Assembly: GCA_963674595.2 (NCBI GenBank)
Contig: CAXXFV010000015.1
Span: 32,001-96,000, forward strand
DNA: 64,000 nucleotides
Direction of reading: 5' to 3'
Source of the DNA: a bacterium
GTDB taxonomy: Bacteria; Zhuqueibacterota; Zhuqueibacteria; Residuimicrobiales; Krinioviventaceae
Shown here: one piece after another, positions 10,412 through 20,900 of the stretch
How positions within the stretch are numbered: the stretch's first letter is position 1
Layout: every line of letters begins with the position of its first letter
The notes under the pieces: model-generated
The model's database searches: none
The model's input: only the letters and a program-made list of their open reading frames with translations
Told to the model about the DNA's origin: nothing
Position numbers and translations under genes: made by a program

Positions 10412-11626
10412 TTAATTATGGTGAGGTCTTTTAATTTCTCTTAAAATTTTATCAAGTTTAATTTTATAAGAGTTGTTTGTGTTATAGTTGACAAGATATT
10501 CGTAAAAAAGTGCTATTACAAAAAATACTAATAAATATGACATCATACATACAATTACAAATATAGAACGCCTTGGTTTTGATTTTTTAAGAGGTACTTT
10601 AGCTTCATCCAAAATTTGCACTGTTGGGCTGTCTTTTGCTTCCTGAAGTTTAGCTTGTTCAAATTGCGGCAGGATGAACTCCATGATTTTTTCCTGGATT
10701 TTAACTTCTCTATAGAGCCGCAGGTAATTTAATCCCAAATCCGGTAAATCATTTAAAGGCAAGAGAAGTTGTTCTTTATCGGATGATTTTTCGCTTCCTG
10801 ATTTGAGCATAGTCAGTTTGTTTTTCAGTTCTTTAATTTCATAATCAAGTTTTTTTACTTCGTTGTGGGTACGGTCTGTATAGTTTAACAAAACACCGAG
10901 TTCGATTTCTTTGGCAATAATTTGTGCTTTTAATTCGGATATGACTTCAATTGTCGCTTGTGTTTGTTCCGGTACGGCGATAACACTATGCTCTTGTTGA
11001 TATTGTTTAAGTTTATCTTCAGCATCTTTTAAAGATGCCAGGTTTTCATTATATCTTTTTTCAATAAAAATTCGTGTATTTTTTGCTTTGCTTGTTTTAA
11101 TGCTTTTATGTGTTTCATCCAACTGCAAGAGTACATAGTCACAAATTTCTTTTGAGAGCAATTTGGTGCTGTTTTTTTCTTCTTTTGAAGGCAGGAATTT
11201 TGTTTTAACGTCAATAGTAATGGTCAAGGTTCCTTCTTCATTTACAATCACATTAATACGTTTTGCTAAAATTGCAATTGTAGATTCTATGTCGCCTGTT
11301 TGGTATCTTTCCTGCAAGTTAAATTTTATTGCTACCTTTTCAAGCAGGTTTCTGCTTTTTAAAATGGCAAGAAAAAGGTTTGCTTCCTCGGAAATGTCGG
11401 ATGATATTAATCCACCAACATTCAAATCACTTAAAAATGATGATAGACCTAATCCACCTTCCTCTTTTGGAGATAATATAGTTGCTTTTGAAGTATACCA
11501 AACCGGAATTATCAGAGAAAAGGCTGCGGATAATAACATAATAATAATGAGATTTATTATTAAAAGTTTACGCCATTTTACTATTCTGTAAATAATATCC
11601 AAAAAATCCATTTTACTTGTTTGCAT
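10412..11626 (-). CDS. Polysaccharide co-polymerase / chain-length determinant (Wzz/GumC-like)
   Basis: Two TM helices flanking a coiled-coil periplasmic region; proline-rich ILDEAKVPLKKSKPRR before TM2; no kinase domain. Confidence 0.88.
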   Translation of the reverse strand: MQTSKMDFLDIIYRIVKWRKLLIINLIIIMLLSAAFSLIIPVWYTSKATILSPKEEGGLGLSSFLSDLNVGGLISSDISEEANLFLAILKSRNLLEKVAIKFNLQERYQTGDIESTIAILAKRINVIVNEEGTLTITIDVKTKFLPSKEEKNSTKLLSKEICDYVLLQLDETHKSIKTSKAKNTRIFIEKRYNENLASLKDAEDKLKQYQQEHSVIAVPEQTQATIEVISELKAQIIAKEIELGVLLNYTDRTHNEVKKLDYEIKELKNKLTMLKSGSEKSSDKEQLLLPLNDLPDLGLNYLRLYREVKIQEKIMEFILPQFEQAKLQEAKDSPTVQILDEAKVPLKKSKPRRSIFVIVCMMSYLLVFFVIALFYEYLVNYNTNNSYKIKLDKILREIKRPHHN

Positions 11627-11647
11627 GATTTACCTGTAAATTTTTAT

Positions 11648-13552
11648 TTATTTTTTTGTCATTTTAACTAAATAGTAACCCAAGCCTGCGAAAACAGCAA
11701 GTGATAAAAGCTGGTCGGCAGGGTGCGGCAGGTGAAAGCCAATGCCTTCAGGTAACCGACCTGCTATAAATGCAAATCCGGCGATTAATACGCCCATCAG
11801 GCCTTCTCCGGCAATCAGGCCGGAACCAAGCAGCATGCCCTGTTCTTTGCGCTTTTCAAGTTGTTCTGTATTATTTTTAGCGCCTTTTTCTACAAAATAT
11901 CGAATACAACCGCCGACAAAGACGGGAGTCATTGTAGAAAGGGGCAGATAAATTCCTACGGCAAATGGAAGCGATGGTGTTCCGAGCAGTTCGGCAACTC
12001 CGGCAAATGCAGCACCAATGAGTACGAGGCCCCACGGCAGATCAGCCTGTAAAACACCTTCTATAACTGTTTTCATCAATGTTGCCTGCGGTGCTGCCAG
12101 ATTGGCTGAGCCAAAGGTAAAGGCTTTTCCCAATAACAGCACAGCCGCTGCGATAAAAAAGGATGATGTTACGGCGCCTATAATTTCAGCGATTTGTTGT
12201 TTTCTGGGCGTTGTTCCAATAATATATCCGGATTTAAGATCCTGGGAAATATCGCCGGCAATTGAGGCCGCAACACAAACAACAGTTCCTACCGTCAAAG
12301 CTGCTGCTTTGCCGAAATCATCTGTCCAGCCGAGTGCATAAAAAACAAGACTGGTACCGATTAGTGTAACGATTGTCATACCCGATGTCGGGTTAGATGA
12401 AACACCAACCATACCAACGATTCGTGAAGAAACAGTAACAAACATAAAAGCAAAAATTGTTATACAAACAGCCCCGATCAGGCGTGTTAGAAAACCTGAT
12501 GATACTCCTAAAACGTGGGGTGTTAAAATGATAATCAGAGAAACAAGCAGAACACCGGCAAAAACGATAGACATTGGCAAGTCTCTGTCTGTCCGAATAT
12601 CCTCTTTAACAGCCGTACTTGACTTTGCACGTAGTTCCTGTAAACCGATTTTAAGTGAATTGTACATGGTTGGAATGGATTTTATAACGGTAATAATACC
12701 GGCAAAAGCAACCGCACCAGCTCCAATAAATTTGACATATTGTCTCCATATTTCATGGGCTGTCATTTCGGAAATTGGAATGGTGGTTTCGGGTAATAAC
12801 GGCATTGTTAAACCTCTGCCGAACAGATCAATAAGAGGAATGATTCCCAACCAGGATAGTATTCCTCCGGCAACCATTATTGCTGATATTCGATAACCCA
12901 AAATATATCCGACACCCAACAGTGCCGGGCCGGCTTCCAGGCCGACTTCTGCTTTTCGTAAAACCGGAATTTTAAGGCTGATGTTTTCCGGCCACAGATG
13001 TAAAAAACCGGTCATGGCTTTATAGGCTGCGCCTATACCCAGTCCCAGAAATACGTTTTTTGCCTTGCTGCCTCCTGCGTCTGATGCAATGAGTACCTGG
13101 GCGGCGGCAGTCCCTTCCGGATATGGAAGTGTTTGATGCTCTTTTACAATTAAAAAACGCCTTAATGGGATCATAAACAAAACACCCAAAACACCGCCAA
13201 GCATGGCAAGAACACCTATTTGTATAAGAGAAGGGCTGTAACCCCATAAAAATAAGGCGGGAATTGTGAATATTATACCGGATGCCAATGAGGAACTGGC
13301 GGAGCCGGTTGTTTGAGCTATGTTGTGTTCCACAATGGTTGAATGACCTAATAATGGCTTTAATAGTTTGAAAAAGGCGACGGAAACAACAGCTAATGGG
13401 ATGGCCGTGCTTATGGTGAGCCCAACACGTAAGCCGAGGTATGCATTGGCAGAGCCAAAAATAATTCCGAATAAAATACCGGCCAAAACGGCTTTTAAAG
13501 TAAAATCATTTAAATTTTTTTCTGCAGGAATGTAAGGTTTATGTACAGACAT
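11648..13552 (-). CDS. OPT family oligopeptide transporter
   Basis: YLGLRVGLTISTAIP, EHNIAQT, LPYPEGTA, DISQDLKSG and APQATLM motifs. Start set at ATG 13552 (MSVHK); the track's N-terminal extension overlaps yggS. Confidence 0.92.
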   Translation of the reverse strand: MSVHKPYIPAEKNLNDFTLKAVLAGILFGIIFGSANAYLGLRVGLTISTAIPLAVVSVAFFKLLKPLLGHSTIVEHNIAQTTGSASSSLASGIIFTIPALFLWGYSPSLIQIGVLAMLGGVLGVLFMIPLRRFLIVKEHQTLPYPEGTAAAQVLIASDAGGSKAKNVFLGLGIGAAYKAMTGFLHLWPENISLKIPVLRKAEVGLEAGPALLGVGYILGYRISAIMVAGGILSWLGIIPLIDLFGRGLTMPLLPETTIPISEMTAHEIWRQYVKFIGAGAVAFAGIITVIKSIPTMYNSLKIGLQELRAKSSTAVKEDIRTDRDLPMSIVFAGVLLVSLIIILTPHVLGVSSGFLTRLIGAVCITIFAFMFVTVSSRIVGMVGVSSNPTSGMTIVTLIGTSLVFYALGWTDDFGKAAALTVGTVVCVAASIAGDISQDLKSGYIIGTTPRKQQIAEIIGAVTSSFFIAAAVLLLGKAFTFGSANLAAPQATLMKTVIEGVLQADLPWGLVLIGAAFAGVAELLGTPSLPFAVGIYLPLSTMTPVFVGGCIRYFVEKGAKNNTEQLEKRKEQGMLLGSGLIAGEGLMGVLIAGFAFIAGRLPEGIGFHLPHPADQLLSLAVFAGLGYYLVKMTKK

Positions 13553-13604
13553 ATAAAACTGCCTTTCATTTTTTCCCGTGTGTCTTTTTATACAAAAGCG
13601 GATC

Positions 13605-13633
13605 AATTTAAGGATTTTAGGTGCACTAATCAA
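13605..13633 (-). promoter_or_regulatory. Putative sigma70 promoter of the OPT gene and polysaccharide cluster
   Basis: TTGATT-N17-TAAATT on the minus strand. Confidence 0.5.
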
Positions 13634-13678
13634 GTAACTTTTATACGTTTGGCGGTGAATTGGAATTGGATATTTTAA

Positions 13679-13707
13679 TTGCTTTTTATAGAATTTAAGG
13701 CTATATT
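13679..13707 (+). promoter_or_regulatory. Putative sigma70 promoter of the yggS-ileS operon
   Basis: TTGCTT-N17-TATATT, 22 nt upstream of ATG 13730. Confidence 0.55.
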
Positions 13708-13729
13708 TTATGTTCAAAATATTCAAGAT

Positions 13730-14416
13730 ATGCATATAAAAGATAATTTAAAATATTTGCAGGATCGGATTGAAACCACCTGTCACAAAACCGGGCGAAA
13801 CAGTTCGGATGTTGAGATAGTTGCTGTAACAAAAACTGTTGGATATGATCTTGTTCAGGAAACAATATCTTCCGGTATAAAAATTATCGGCGAAAACCGT
13901 GTTCAGGAAGCCTGGGATAAATACCAAAAAGTCGAATTGCCTGCTTCCTGGCATTTGATCGGTCATTTACAAAAGAATAAAGTGAAACGGGCTTTGGAAT
14001 TTTTTAATGTTATCCAGTCTGTTGATTCTTTGGAACTTGCTCTTGAAATAAATCGGCGTGCTGAACAAAAAGGGCAAATTGTGGAGGTATTTGTTCAGGT
14101 CAATACTTCGGATGAGGACTCAAAATTTGGAGTTACACCGGAAATTGCTGTTGATTTTTGTTGTCAGGTTGCTGAATTAAAGCAGATCAATGTAACCGGA
14201 TTAATGACCATCGGTGCATTTTTACCTGACCCTGAAGATGTTCGTCCCTGTTTTAAAAAATTATATGGAATTTTTGAAAAGGTAAATGCATTAAAACAAG
14301 AATCTTTGCACCTTGATCATTTATCTATGGGAATGACAAATGATTATCAGACAGCTATTGAGGAAGGTGCTACGCTGGTTCGAATTGGACGCGCGATTTA
14401 TGGTGAACGTTTATAA
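13730..14416 (+). CDS. yggS: PLP homeostasis protein (YggS/YlmE)
   Basis: VAVTK, GENRVQE, WHLIGHLQKNK and LSMGMTNDY...VRIGRAIYG motifs. Confidence 0.95.
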   Translation: MHIKDNLKYLQDRIETTCHKTGRNSSDVEIVAVTKTVGYDLVQETISSGIKIIGENRVQEAWDKYQKVELPASWHLIGHLQKNKVKRALEFFNVIQSVDSLELALEINRRAEQKGQIVEVFVQVNTSDEDSKFGVTPEIAVDFCCQVAELKQINVTGLMTIGAFLPDPEDVRPCFKKLYGIFEKVNALKQESLHLDHLSMGMTNDYQTAIEEGATLVRIGRAIYGERL

Positions 14417-14430
14417 ATTAGAGTTGAATT

Positions 14431-14721
14431 ATGTTTGTTTTTAAAAATTTATTTCTTGCTTTGGCTAATGTGTTGCATATTGGTTTAACACTTTATATGT
14501 ATATAGTTATTGCTCGTGCTGTCGTATCATGGTTTAATCCAAATCCTTATGGAGCGCTGATGCAGCTTCTAATTCGGGTAACTGAACCGCCATTGGCTTT
14601 TATCCGGCGCTTTATCCCTAATTTTGCTGGATTAGACTTGTCACCGGTTATTCTCATTTTTGCTATCATTTTTGTTGATAACTTTATCGTTGCAACACTG
14701 CGTCAATTGGCACTAAGTTAA
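14431..14721 (+). CDS. yggT: YggT/YlmG family membrane protein
   Basis: SWFNPNP...TEPPLAFIRRFIP..GLDLSP motif. Confidence 0.93.
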   Translation: MFVFKNLFLALANVLHIGLTLYMYIVIARAVVSWFNPNPYGALMQLLIRVTEPPLAFIRRFIPNFAGLDLSPVILIFAIIFVDNFIVATLRQLALS

Positions 14722-14755
14722 ATGTAATATGAGAAGTTAAACTTGGAGTGATATA

Positions 14756-15439
14756 GTGAAATTAACACCTTTAGACATACGGAAACAGGAATTTAAAAAA
14801 GCAATGCGCGGGTACGATCCTGATGAGGTAGAGGCTTTTTTAGGCATGATTGCCGATGAAATGGAAATGTTGATTCGGGAAAAAACGCATTTGAATGATG
14901 AAGGCATCAAACTTCGCACTCAGTTAAAGGACTATCAACAGGTTGAGCAGACATTAAGAGAAACGTTGATGAGTGCTCAGAACACGGTTGAGGAATCTCG
15001 CGTTAATTCCCGAAGAGAAGCTGAAATAATCATTCATGAAGCTGAATTACAAGCTGAAAACATTATCAAAGAAGCCCGTGAAGAACTGCTGGCGTTGAGG
15101 CATGAAGTTAGTTTGGTAAAAGCGCAAAAAGTATCTTTTGCAAAGAGATTACGGCATCTGTTACAGTCTCAAATTGATTTGTTGCAGGTTCTGGAGGAAG
15201 ATGATAATTATCCGGCGCAGGGTAATTCAAAAAATCGTCAGGCCGTTTCATCTGATGCTAAAAAATCAAGTTCGCAAATGTCAATAGAAGACCAGTTTCA
15301 ATATTCCGATTCTGAGCCGAAAATAATTCGTGGTCAGCAAACATTTGACGAACCGGCATCTCCAAATCAAAACAAGCCAAAACCTGAAACCAATCAGGAA
15401 GGTGAGGATGAAAATTTGGATGACCAGTTTATTTTTTAA
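14756..15439 (+). CDS. divIVA: DivIVA domain protein
   Basis: LTPLDIRKQEFKKAMRGYDPDEVEAFL N-terminal domain followed by a coiled coil and an acidic disordered tail. Confidence 0.92.
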   Translation: MKLTPLDIRKQEFKKAMRGYDPDEVEAFLGMIADEMEMLIREKTHLNDEGIKLRTQLKDYQQVEQTLRETLMSAQNTVEESRVNSRREAEIIIHEAELQAENIIKEAREELLALRHEVSLVKAQKVSFAKRLRHLLQSQIDLLQVLEEDDNYPAQGNSKNRQAVSSDAKKSSSQMSIEDQFQYSDSEPKIIRGQQTFDEPASPNQNKPKPETNQEGEDENLDDQFIF

Positions 15440-15515
15440 TTAGTTTAAACATCACGTTGCTCAGAGCGATGTAATCAGAAAATTACCGAGTTATGGTGGT
15501 GAGGAAGTTGTGATT

Positions 15516-16199
15516 ATGAAAAAAATTTACGTTTTATTATTGTTCTTTGTTGGTTTTGGTTGCAGTAGTCATCAGGTTGTTTTAAATAGGGATACTCTTG
15601 TTAAGGGACAAAAAGTACAGATTACTTTAAATAACGGTAATAAAGTAAACGGTACGGTAAGAAAGATTGATGATGAGAATTTGTATATTACCGACAAGAC
15701 AGATAAAACCTGGAAAGCTAATAAATCAGGTATTTCTTTGGTTAAAGGTCCCGAACCTGTTTTCGATAATCAAAAAAGGCTTGTTACTGAAGATGAAATT
15801 TCAGAAGCAAAAAAGAGCTCAAATACCAAACTCTATCTGATTAGCGGCAGTGCATTATCTTTGGGCGCTTCTTTTTTTCTAAGCAGTATGGTTTCCCGTA
15901 ACGTGGATGAAGATTCAAAAGATGCTATTATATATTCCGGATCTGCAATTGGTACCCTTTTTGGAGGTTATTTTTTCACAAAAATGGGTATGAAAAAAGA
16001 CCGGGAAAAAGCAATAAATGATATTATCTCTGCCAGAGCATCGGATCCTTCACACGGACTCAGTGAAGAAAAGCTGAAAAGACTGGAAGTGGATGAAGAG
16101 ATTAAGCGACTCAAGGAAGAGAGAATGCGACAAAACGCTGAACTTGAGGCGCTTAAAAAGCAAATTGAAGCAAAGAAAAAAAAGGAAAAACCTGAATAA
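15516..16199 (+). CDS. Hypothetical lipoprotein with two internal hydrophobic helices and a C-terminal coiled coil
   Basis: Signal peptide with lipobox (GFGC); small beta-rich domain; charged C-terminus; same strand as the operon. Confidence 0.7.
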   Translation: MKKIYVLLLFFVGFGCSSHQVVLNRDTLVKGQKVQITLNNGNKVNGTVRKIDDENLYITDKTDKTWKANKSGISLVKGPEPVFDNQKRLVTEDEISEAKKSSNTKLYLISGSALSLGASFFLSSMVSRNVDEDSKDAIIYSGSAIGTLFGGYFFTKMGMKKDREKAINDIISARASDPSHGLSEEKLKRLEVDEEIKRLKEERMRQNAELEALKKQIEAKKKKEKPE

Positions 16200-16209
16200 T
16201 AAGGATAAC

Positions 16210-17031
16210 ATGACCCTTAAAGATTGTGTCGTACAATCTGCTGATTTTATTAAGGAGAATACTCCACAGTCCGGTGATGTTGGCATTATTTTGGGAACCG
16301 GCTTGGGCTCTTTGGCCGACGATGTGGATGAACGTCATGTGCTGTCCTATGAAAATATACCGCATTTCCCCAAATCTACGGTCCGGTTTCATGCCGGTCA
16401 ACTGGTTACGGGAAAATTGAGTTCGCGGCAGGTAATGGTCATGCAGGGACGGTTTCACTATTATGAAGGTTATCCAATGCAGGATATTACCTTACCTGTT
16501 CGTGTTATGTATCAGTTAGGTATTCGAACACTCGTTATCACAAATGCAGCCGGTAGTATTCGTGAAAAATATCCGCCGGGTACATTGGCGTTAATTATGG
16601 ACCACATAAATTTAATGGGAGGTAACCCGTTAATCGGTACATACGACGAGTTTTTGGGCGAACGTTTTCCGGATATGACGGAACCTTATGATAATGGCTT
16701 GAGAGCTTTGGCGAAAAAATCAGCAAAATCTTTAAATCTCGAATTGGAAGAGACGGTTTATGCTGCCATTAGTGGTCCCTCTTTTGAAACCAATGCCGAG
16801 GTGAAAATGCTGCGAATGTTTGATGTTGATACTGTTGGTATGTCTGTTGTCCCTGAAGTTTTGGTAGCACGTCAACTCGGTATGCGTGTATTGGCGTTAT
16901 CTGTTATTACAGACCAATCGATTCCCGGACAAATGGAAGCCATTAGTCATATACAAGTCGCTCAGGTTGCAAATGAAAAGAGTGATGATTTTAAAAATTT
17001 GATCAAGGCTGTAATAAAACAAATGAATTGA
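16210..17031 (+). CDS. Purine-nucleoside phosphorylase (trimeric type)
   Basis: ILGTGLG, QGRFHYYEG, TNAAG, DHINL and GPSFET.AE motifs; ATG 16210 behind AAGGA. Confidence 0.93.
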   Translation: MTLKDCVVQSADFIKENTPQSGDVGIILGTGLGSLADDVDERHVLSYENIPHFPKSTVRFHAGQLVTGKLSSRQVMVMQGRFHYYEGYPMQDITLPVRVMYQLGIRTLVITNAAGSIREKYPPGTLALIMDHINLMGGNPLIGTYDEFLGERFPDMTEPYDNGLRALAKKSAKSLNLELEETVYAAISGPSFETNAEVKMLRMFDVDTVGMSVVPEVLVARQLGMRVLALSVITDQSIPGQMEAISHIQVAQVANEKSDDFKNLIKAVIKQMN

Positions 17032-17045
17032 GAGGTATATTGGTT

Positions 17046-17909
17046 ATGTCGCGTATTGGAGTGATTGGCGGAACCGGACTTTATCAAATTGATGGAATGA
17101 CAAATATTAAGGAAATTTCAGTTGAAACACCTTTTGGCCAACCATCAGATGTTTTTATGTCTGGTGAACTGGATGGTAGAGAAATCGTATTTTTGGCACG
17201 GCATGGTCGTGGTCACAAAATATCGCCGACCGAACTGAATCATCGTGCAAATATTTATGCGATGAAAACCTTGGGTGTTAACTGGATTATTTCAATTTCT
17301 GCCGTTGGCTCTTTACGCCCTGATTTTGAACCACTTGACATTATTTTAGTGGACCAGTTTTTTGACCGTACGAATCAGGCCCGTCCTAATACCTTTTTTG
17401 GAAATGGTATTGTTGCCCATTTAGCCTTTGCCGAACCGCTTTGTCCGAATGTGCGAAAAATTATTTTTGATGCCGGAAAAGAGATGGGACTCAAAGTAAA
17501 ATGGAACGGAACTTATCTGAATATGGAAGGCCCCCAGTTTTCTACATTGGCTGAATCTCAAACATATCGTAAATGGGGTATGGATGTGGTTGGAATGACA
17601 CAGATGAGTGAGGCCCGGTTGGCGCGTGAGGCGGAAATTTGTTACGCAACTGTTGCCATGGTTACAGACTATGATTGCTGGTATGAAGCAGAAACCGGAT
17701 CAACAGTTTCTGTTGAAATGATTATTGAGAATTTGCATAAAAATACAGACAATGCCCGGAAATTAATTCAGGAAACCATTAAAAGATTACCGGAAAAACA
17801 AAGCTGCCAATGTGAAAATGCTTTGGCCGGCGCAATTGTTACAGACAGGTCCGCTTGGCCAAATGAAACAATTGAAAAGTTGAAACCTATTATTGAAAAG
17901 TATGTGTAA
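17046..17909 (+). CDS. mtnP: S-methyl-5'-thioadenosine phosphorylase
   Basis: IGGTG, ARHGRGH, EGPQFST.AES, GMT and VTDYDCW motifs. Confidence 0.92.
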   Translation: MSRIGVIGGTGLYQIDGMTNIKEISVETPFGQPSDVFMSGELDGREIVFLARHGRGHKISPTELNHRANIYAMKTLGVNWIISISAVGSLRPDFEPLDIILVDQFFDRTNQARPNTFFGNGIVAHLAFAEPLCPNVRKIIFDAGKEMGLKVKWNGTYLNMEGPQFSTLAESQTYRKWGMDVVGMTQMSEARLAREAEICYATVAMVTDYDCWYEAETGSTVSVEMIIENLHKNTDNARKLIQETIKRLPEKQSCQCENALAGAIVTDRSAWPNETIEKLKPIIEKYV

Positions 17910-17927
17910 AACAGGATAGAAAGAGTT

Positions 17928-20900
17928 ATGTATAAGGAATTGTCAGGAAATATAAACTTACCTGCTGTTGAAAAGCAAATATTAGAATTTTGGGAAAAAC
18001 ACGACATTTTTCAGAAAAGCATTGATGAACGTGATGAAAATAAACCGTTTGTATTTTTTGAAGGCCCCCCTACGGCCAATGGAAGACCGGGCATTCATCA
18101 TGTTATCAGCCGAACGGTTAAAGATGCTGTCTGTAGGCTTAAAACCATGCAGGGATACCGTGTTGAACGTAAAGCCGGTTGGGATACACATGGATTGCCT
18201 GTAGAAATTGAAGTTGAAAAAATGCTCGGTCTTGATGGCAAAGACCAGGTTATTGATTATGGTGTTTCCGGATTTAATGAAAAATGCCGCCACAGTGTTT
18301 GGAATTACAAGCAGGAATGGGACGAGTTAACAAAACGTATCGCGTTTTGGGTTGATCTGGAACATCCTTATATTACTTATACAAATGATTATATAGAATC
18401 TGTCTGGTGGATTTTAAAAGAATTTTGGAAAAAGGGATTAATCTATCAGGGATTCAAAATTTTACCCTATTGCCCGCATTGCGAAACACCTTTGTCGAGT
18501 CACGAGGTTTCACAGGGTTACGAAGAAGTAAAAGACCCATCTGTTTATGTTAAAGCCAAAATTAAAAATAAAGAGAATACTTTTTTTCTGGTTTGGACAA
18601 CAACACCCTGGACCTTGATTTCAAACGTGGCTTTGGCCGTCCATCCGGATGTGGATTATGTTACCGTACTTTATAACGGTGAAAATCTCATTCTCGCCCG
18701 TGAACGGCTTTTGGTGCTGGACGGTGAATATGAGATTTTAGAGGAACACAAAGGTTCCGACCTCGTCAATATAGACTATGAACCTTTTTTCTCATTCATT
18801 ACTCCGGACAAAAAAGCTCATTTTACTGTTCCGGCTGATTTTGTTACCACAACAGATGGTTCCGGTATTGTTCACATAGCCCCTGCTTTTGGCGAAGACG
18901 ATTACCAGCTTGGATTAAAGAACAATCTGCCTGTTGTCCATCCTGTGGATAAAAGCGGTAAATTTATCGATGCCGTAACACAGTGGGCCGGCGTATTTGT
19001 TAAAGATGCCGATAAAAGCATTATCATTGATCTTAAAGAGCGAAATATTTTATATAAAAGTGAAAAAATAGAGCACAGTTATCCACATTGCTGGCGCTGT
19101 AAATCTCCGTTGCTCTATTATGCCCGTAAATCCTGGTATATAAAAACCACTGCCATAAAAGAAAAATTAATAGAAAATAATAAAAAGATAAACTGGTTTC
19201 CCAAAGAGGTCGGGCTTGGCCGTTTTGGTGAATGGTTGGAAAACAATATCGATTGGGCTTTATCACGTGATCGATTTTGGGGAACACCCTTACCTGTTTG
19301 GTTGTGTGAATCCTGTGAACATCAGGAATGCATAGGCAGTGTGGAAGAATTGGGAGAAAAATCCGGTCAGGATGTAAGCGAACTCGATTTGCATAAACCA
19401 CATATAGATGATATTCACTTAACATGTGAAAAGTGCGGCCAAAAAATGGTTCGTGTGCCTGAAGTGATTGACTGCTGGTTTGATTCAGGAAGTATGCCAT
19501 ATGCACAATGGCACTATCCTTTTGAAAATAAAGAAAAATTTGATAAAAGTTTCCCGGCTGATTTTATCTCTGAAGGTGTGGATCAGACACGTGGCTGGTT
19601 TTATTCCTTGCTGGTTATTGGTGCTTTTCTGTTTGATAAACCGGCCTATAAAACCTGTGTGTCCCTGGAACTGATTTTGGATAAAGACGGTCAAAAAATG
19701 TCCAAAACACGCGGCAATACGGTGGACCCCTTTGAGTTTTTAAATACACTGGGTGCGGATGCACTTCGCTGGTATTTATTAACGGTAAGTCCTCCCTGGC
19801 TGCCGACACGATTTGACTCGGAAGGTGTTAAGGAAGTGAACCGTAAATTCCTTGGTACGTTGCTAAACACCTATTCATTTTTTACCATGTATGCCAACAT
19901 TGACAAGTTTAAATATAATTCTGATGAACGTATCCCTGTTAAGGACCGTTCCGAACTGGACCGATGGATATGTTCAACACTGACTACATTAACAAAAACT
20001 GTTACAGAAAATCTTGAAAAGTTTGATCTGACAAAAGCAGCACGCAGTATCGTCTCTTTTGTTAATGATGATTTGTCAAATTGGTATGTTCGCCGGTCTC
20101 GCCGACGATTTTGGAAATCGGAAATGGGACAGGATAAATTATCTGCTTTCCAAACTATTTATGAATGTATGATAACTGTTGCAAAACTGATGGCCCCAAT
20201 GGCGCCATTTCTTTCGGAAGAGATCTATCGTAATTTGATTATGGCGGATAGTAAAAATCCGGCGAGTGTTCATCTGTGTTTTTATCCAAAAACAGGTGAA
20301 GGACTGGTAGATTTCAGTGATGAAAAACTTGAAGATCGAATGGACCTAGTAAGACGAATCGTTTTTATGGGTCGTTCCTTAAGAAATGAAACACAACTCA
20401 AAGTACGACAACCTTTAGCCAATATTATCATTGTTGCAAAAGATGAAAGACGTAAAGAATTGTTAAAAGGTATGGAAAACCTTATTAAAGAAGAATTGAA
20501 TGTTAAAGGTATAAAATTTGTCGATAATGAGAGCGAATTATTAGTAAAACGTACGGAACCTGTTTTTAAAAATCTCGGACCAAAGTTCGGTAAATCTGTA
20601 AAAAATGCGGCCGAGGCTATACGTTCATTTTCTGAAAAAGAAATTGAACGACTTTTAGATAACGGCAGTGAACATCTTGTAGTTGAAGGGCATGAAGCCC
20701 AAATTACTTTAGAAGATGTAAAAATAGTAACAGAAAATAAACCCGGACTGGTGGCTTCAACCGAGGGTGATCTTACTGTTGCCCTGGAAACCGAAATTTC
20801 CAAAGAACTGTTGTCCGAAGGACTGGCCAGAGAGTTTGTTAATCGTGTACAAAATATGCGTAAAGATGCCGGTTATGAGGTAACTGATCGAATTTTTATT

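Noticed and set aside
13553-13735. N-terminal extensions of the OPT and yggS ORFs that overlap head-to-head
   Set aside because: They have no family-like sequence. Both genes have better downstream ATGs, and the interval contains two divergent promoter candidates.
16093-16209. Extended PNP start overlapping the lipoprotein gene
   Set aside because: An RBS-preceded ATG lies at 16210; the extension is a shadow of the upstream coding sequence.
17910-17927. T-box leader upstream of ileS
   Set aside because: The gap is only 18 nt, leaving no room for a T-box.
20282-20803. Long antisense and alternative-frame ORFs (e.g. 20282-20803, 28219-28779, 51270-51731, 11163-11591, 62117-62545)
   Set aside because: They lie fully within well-supported genes, have no motifs or RBS, and are typical antisense shadows.
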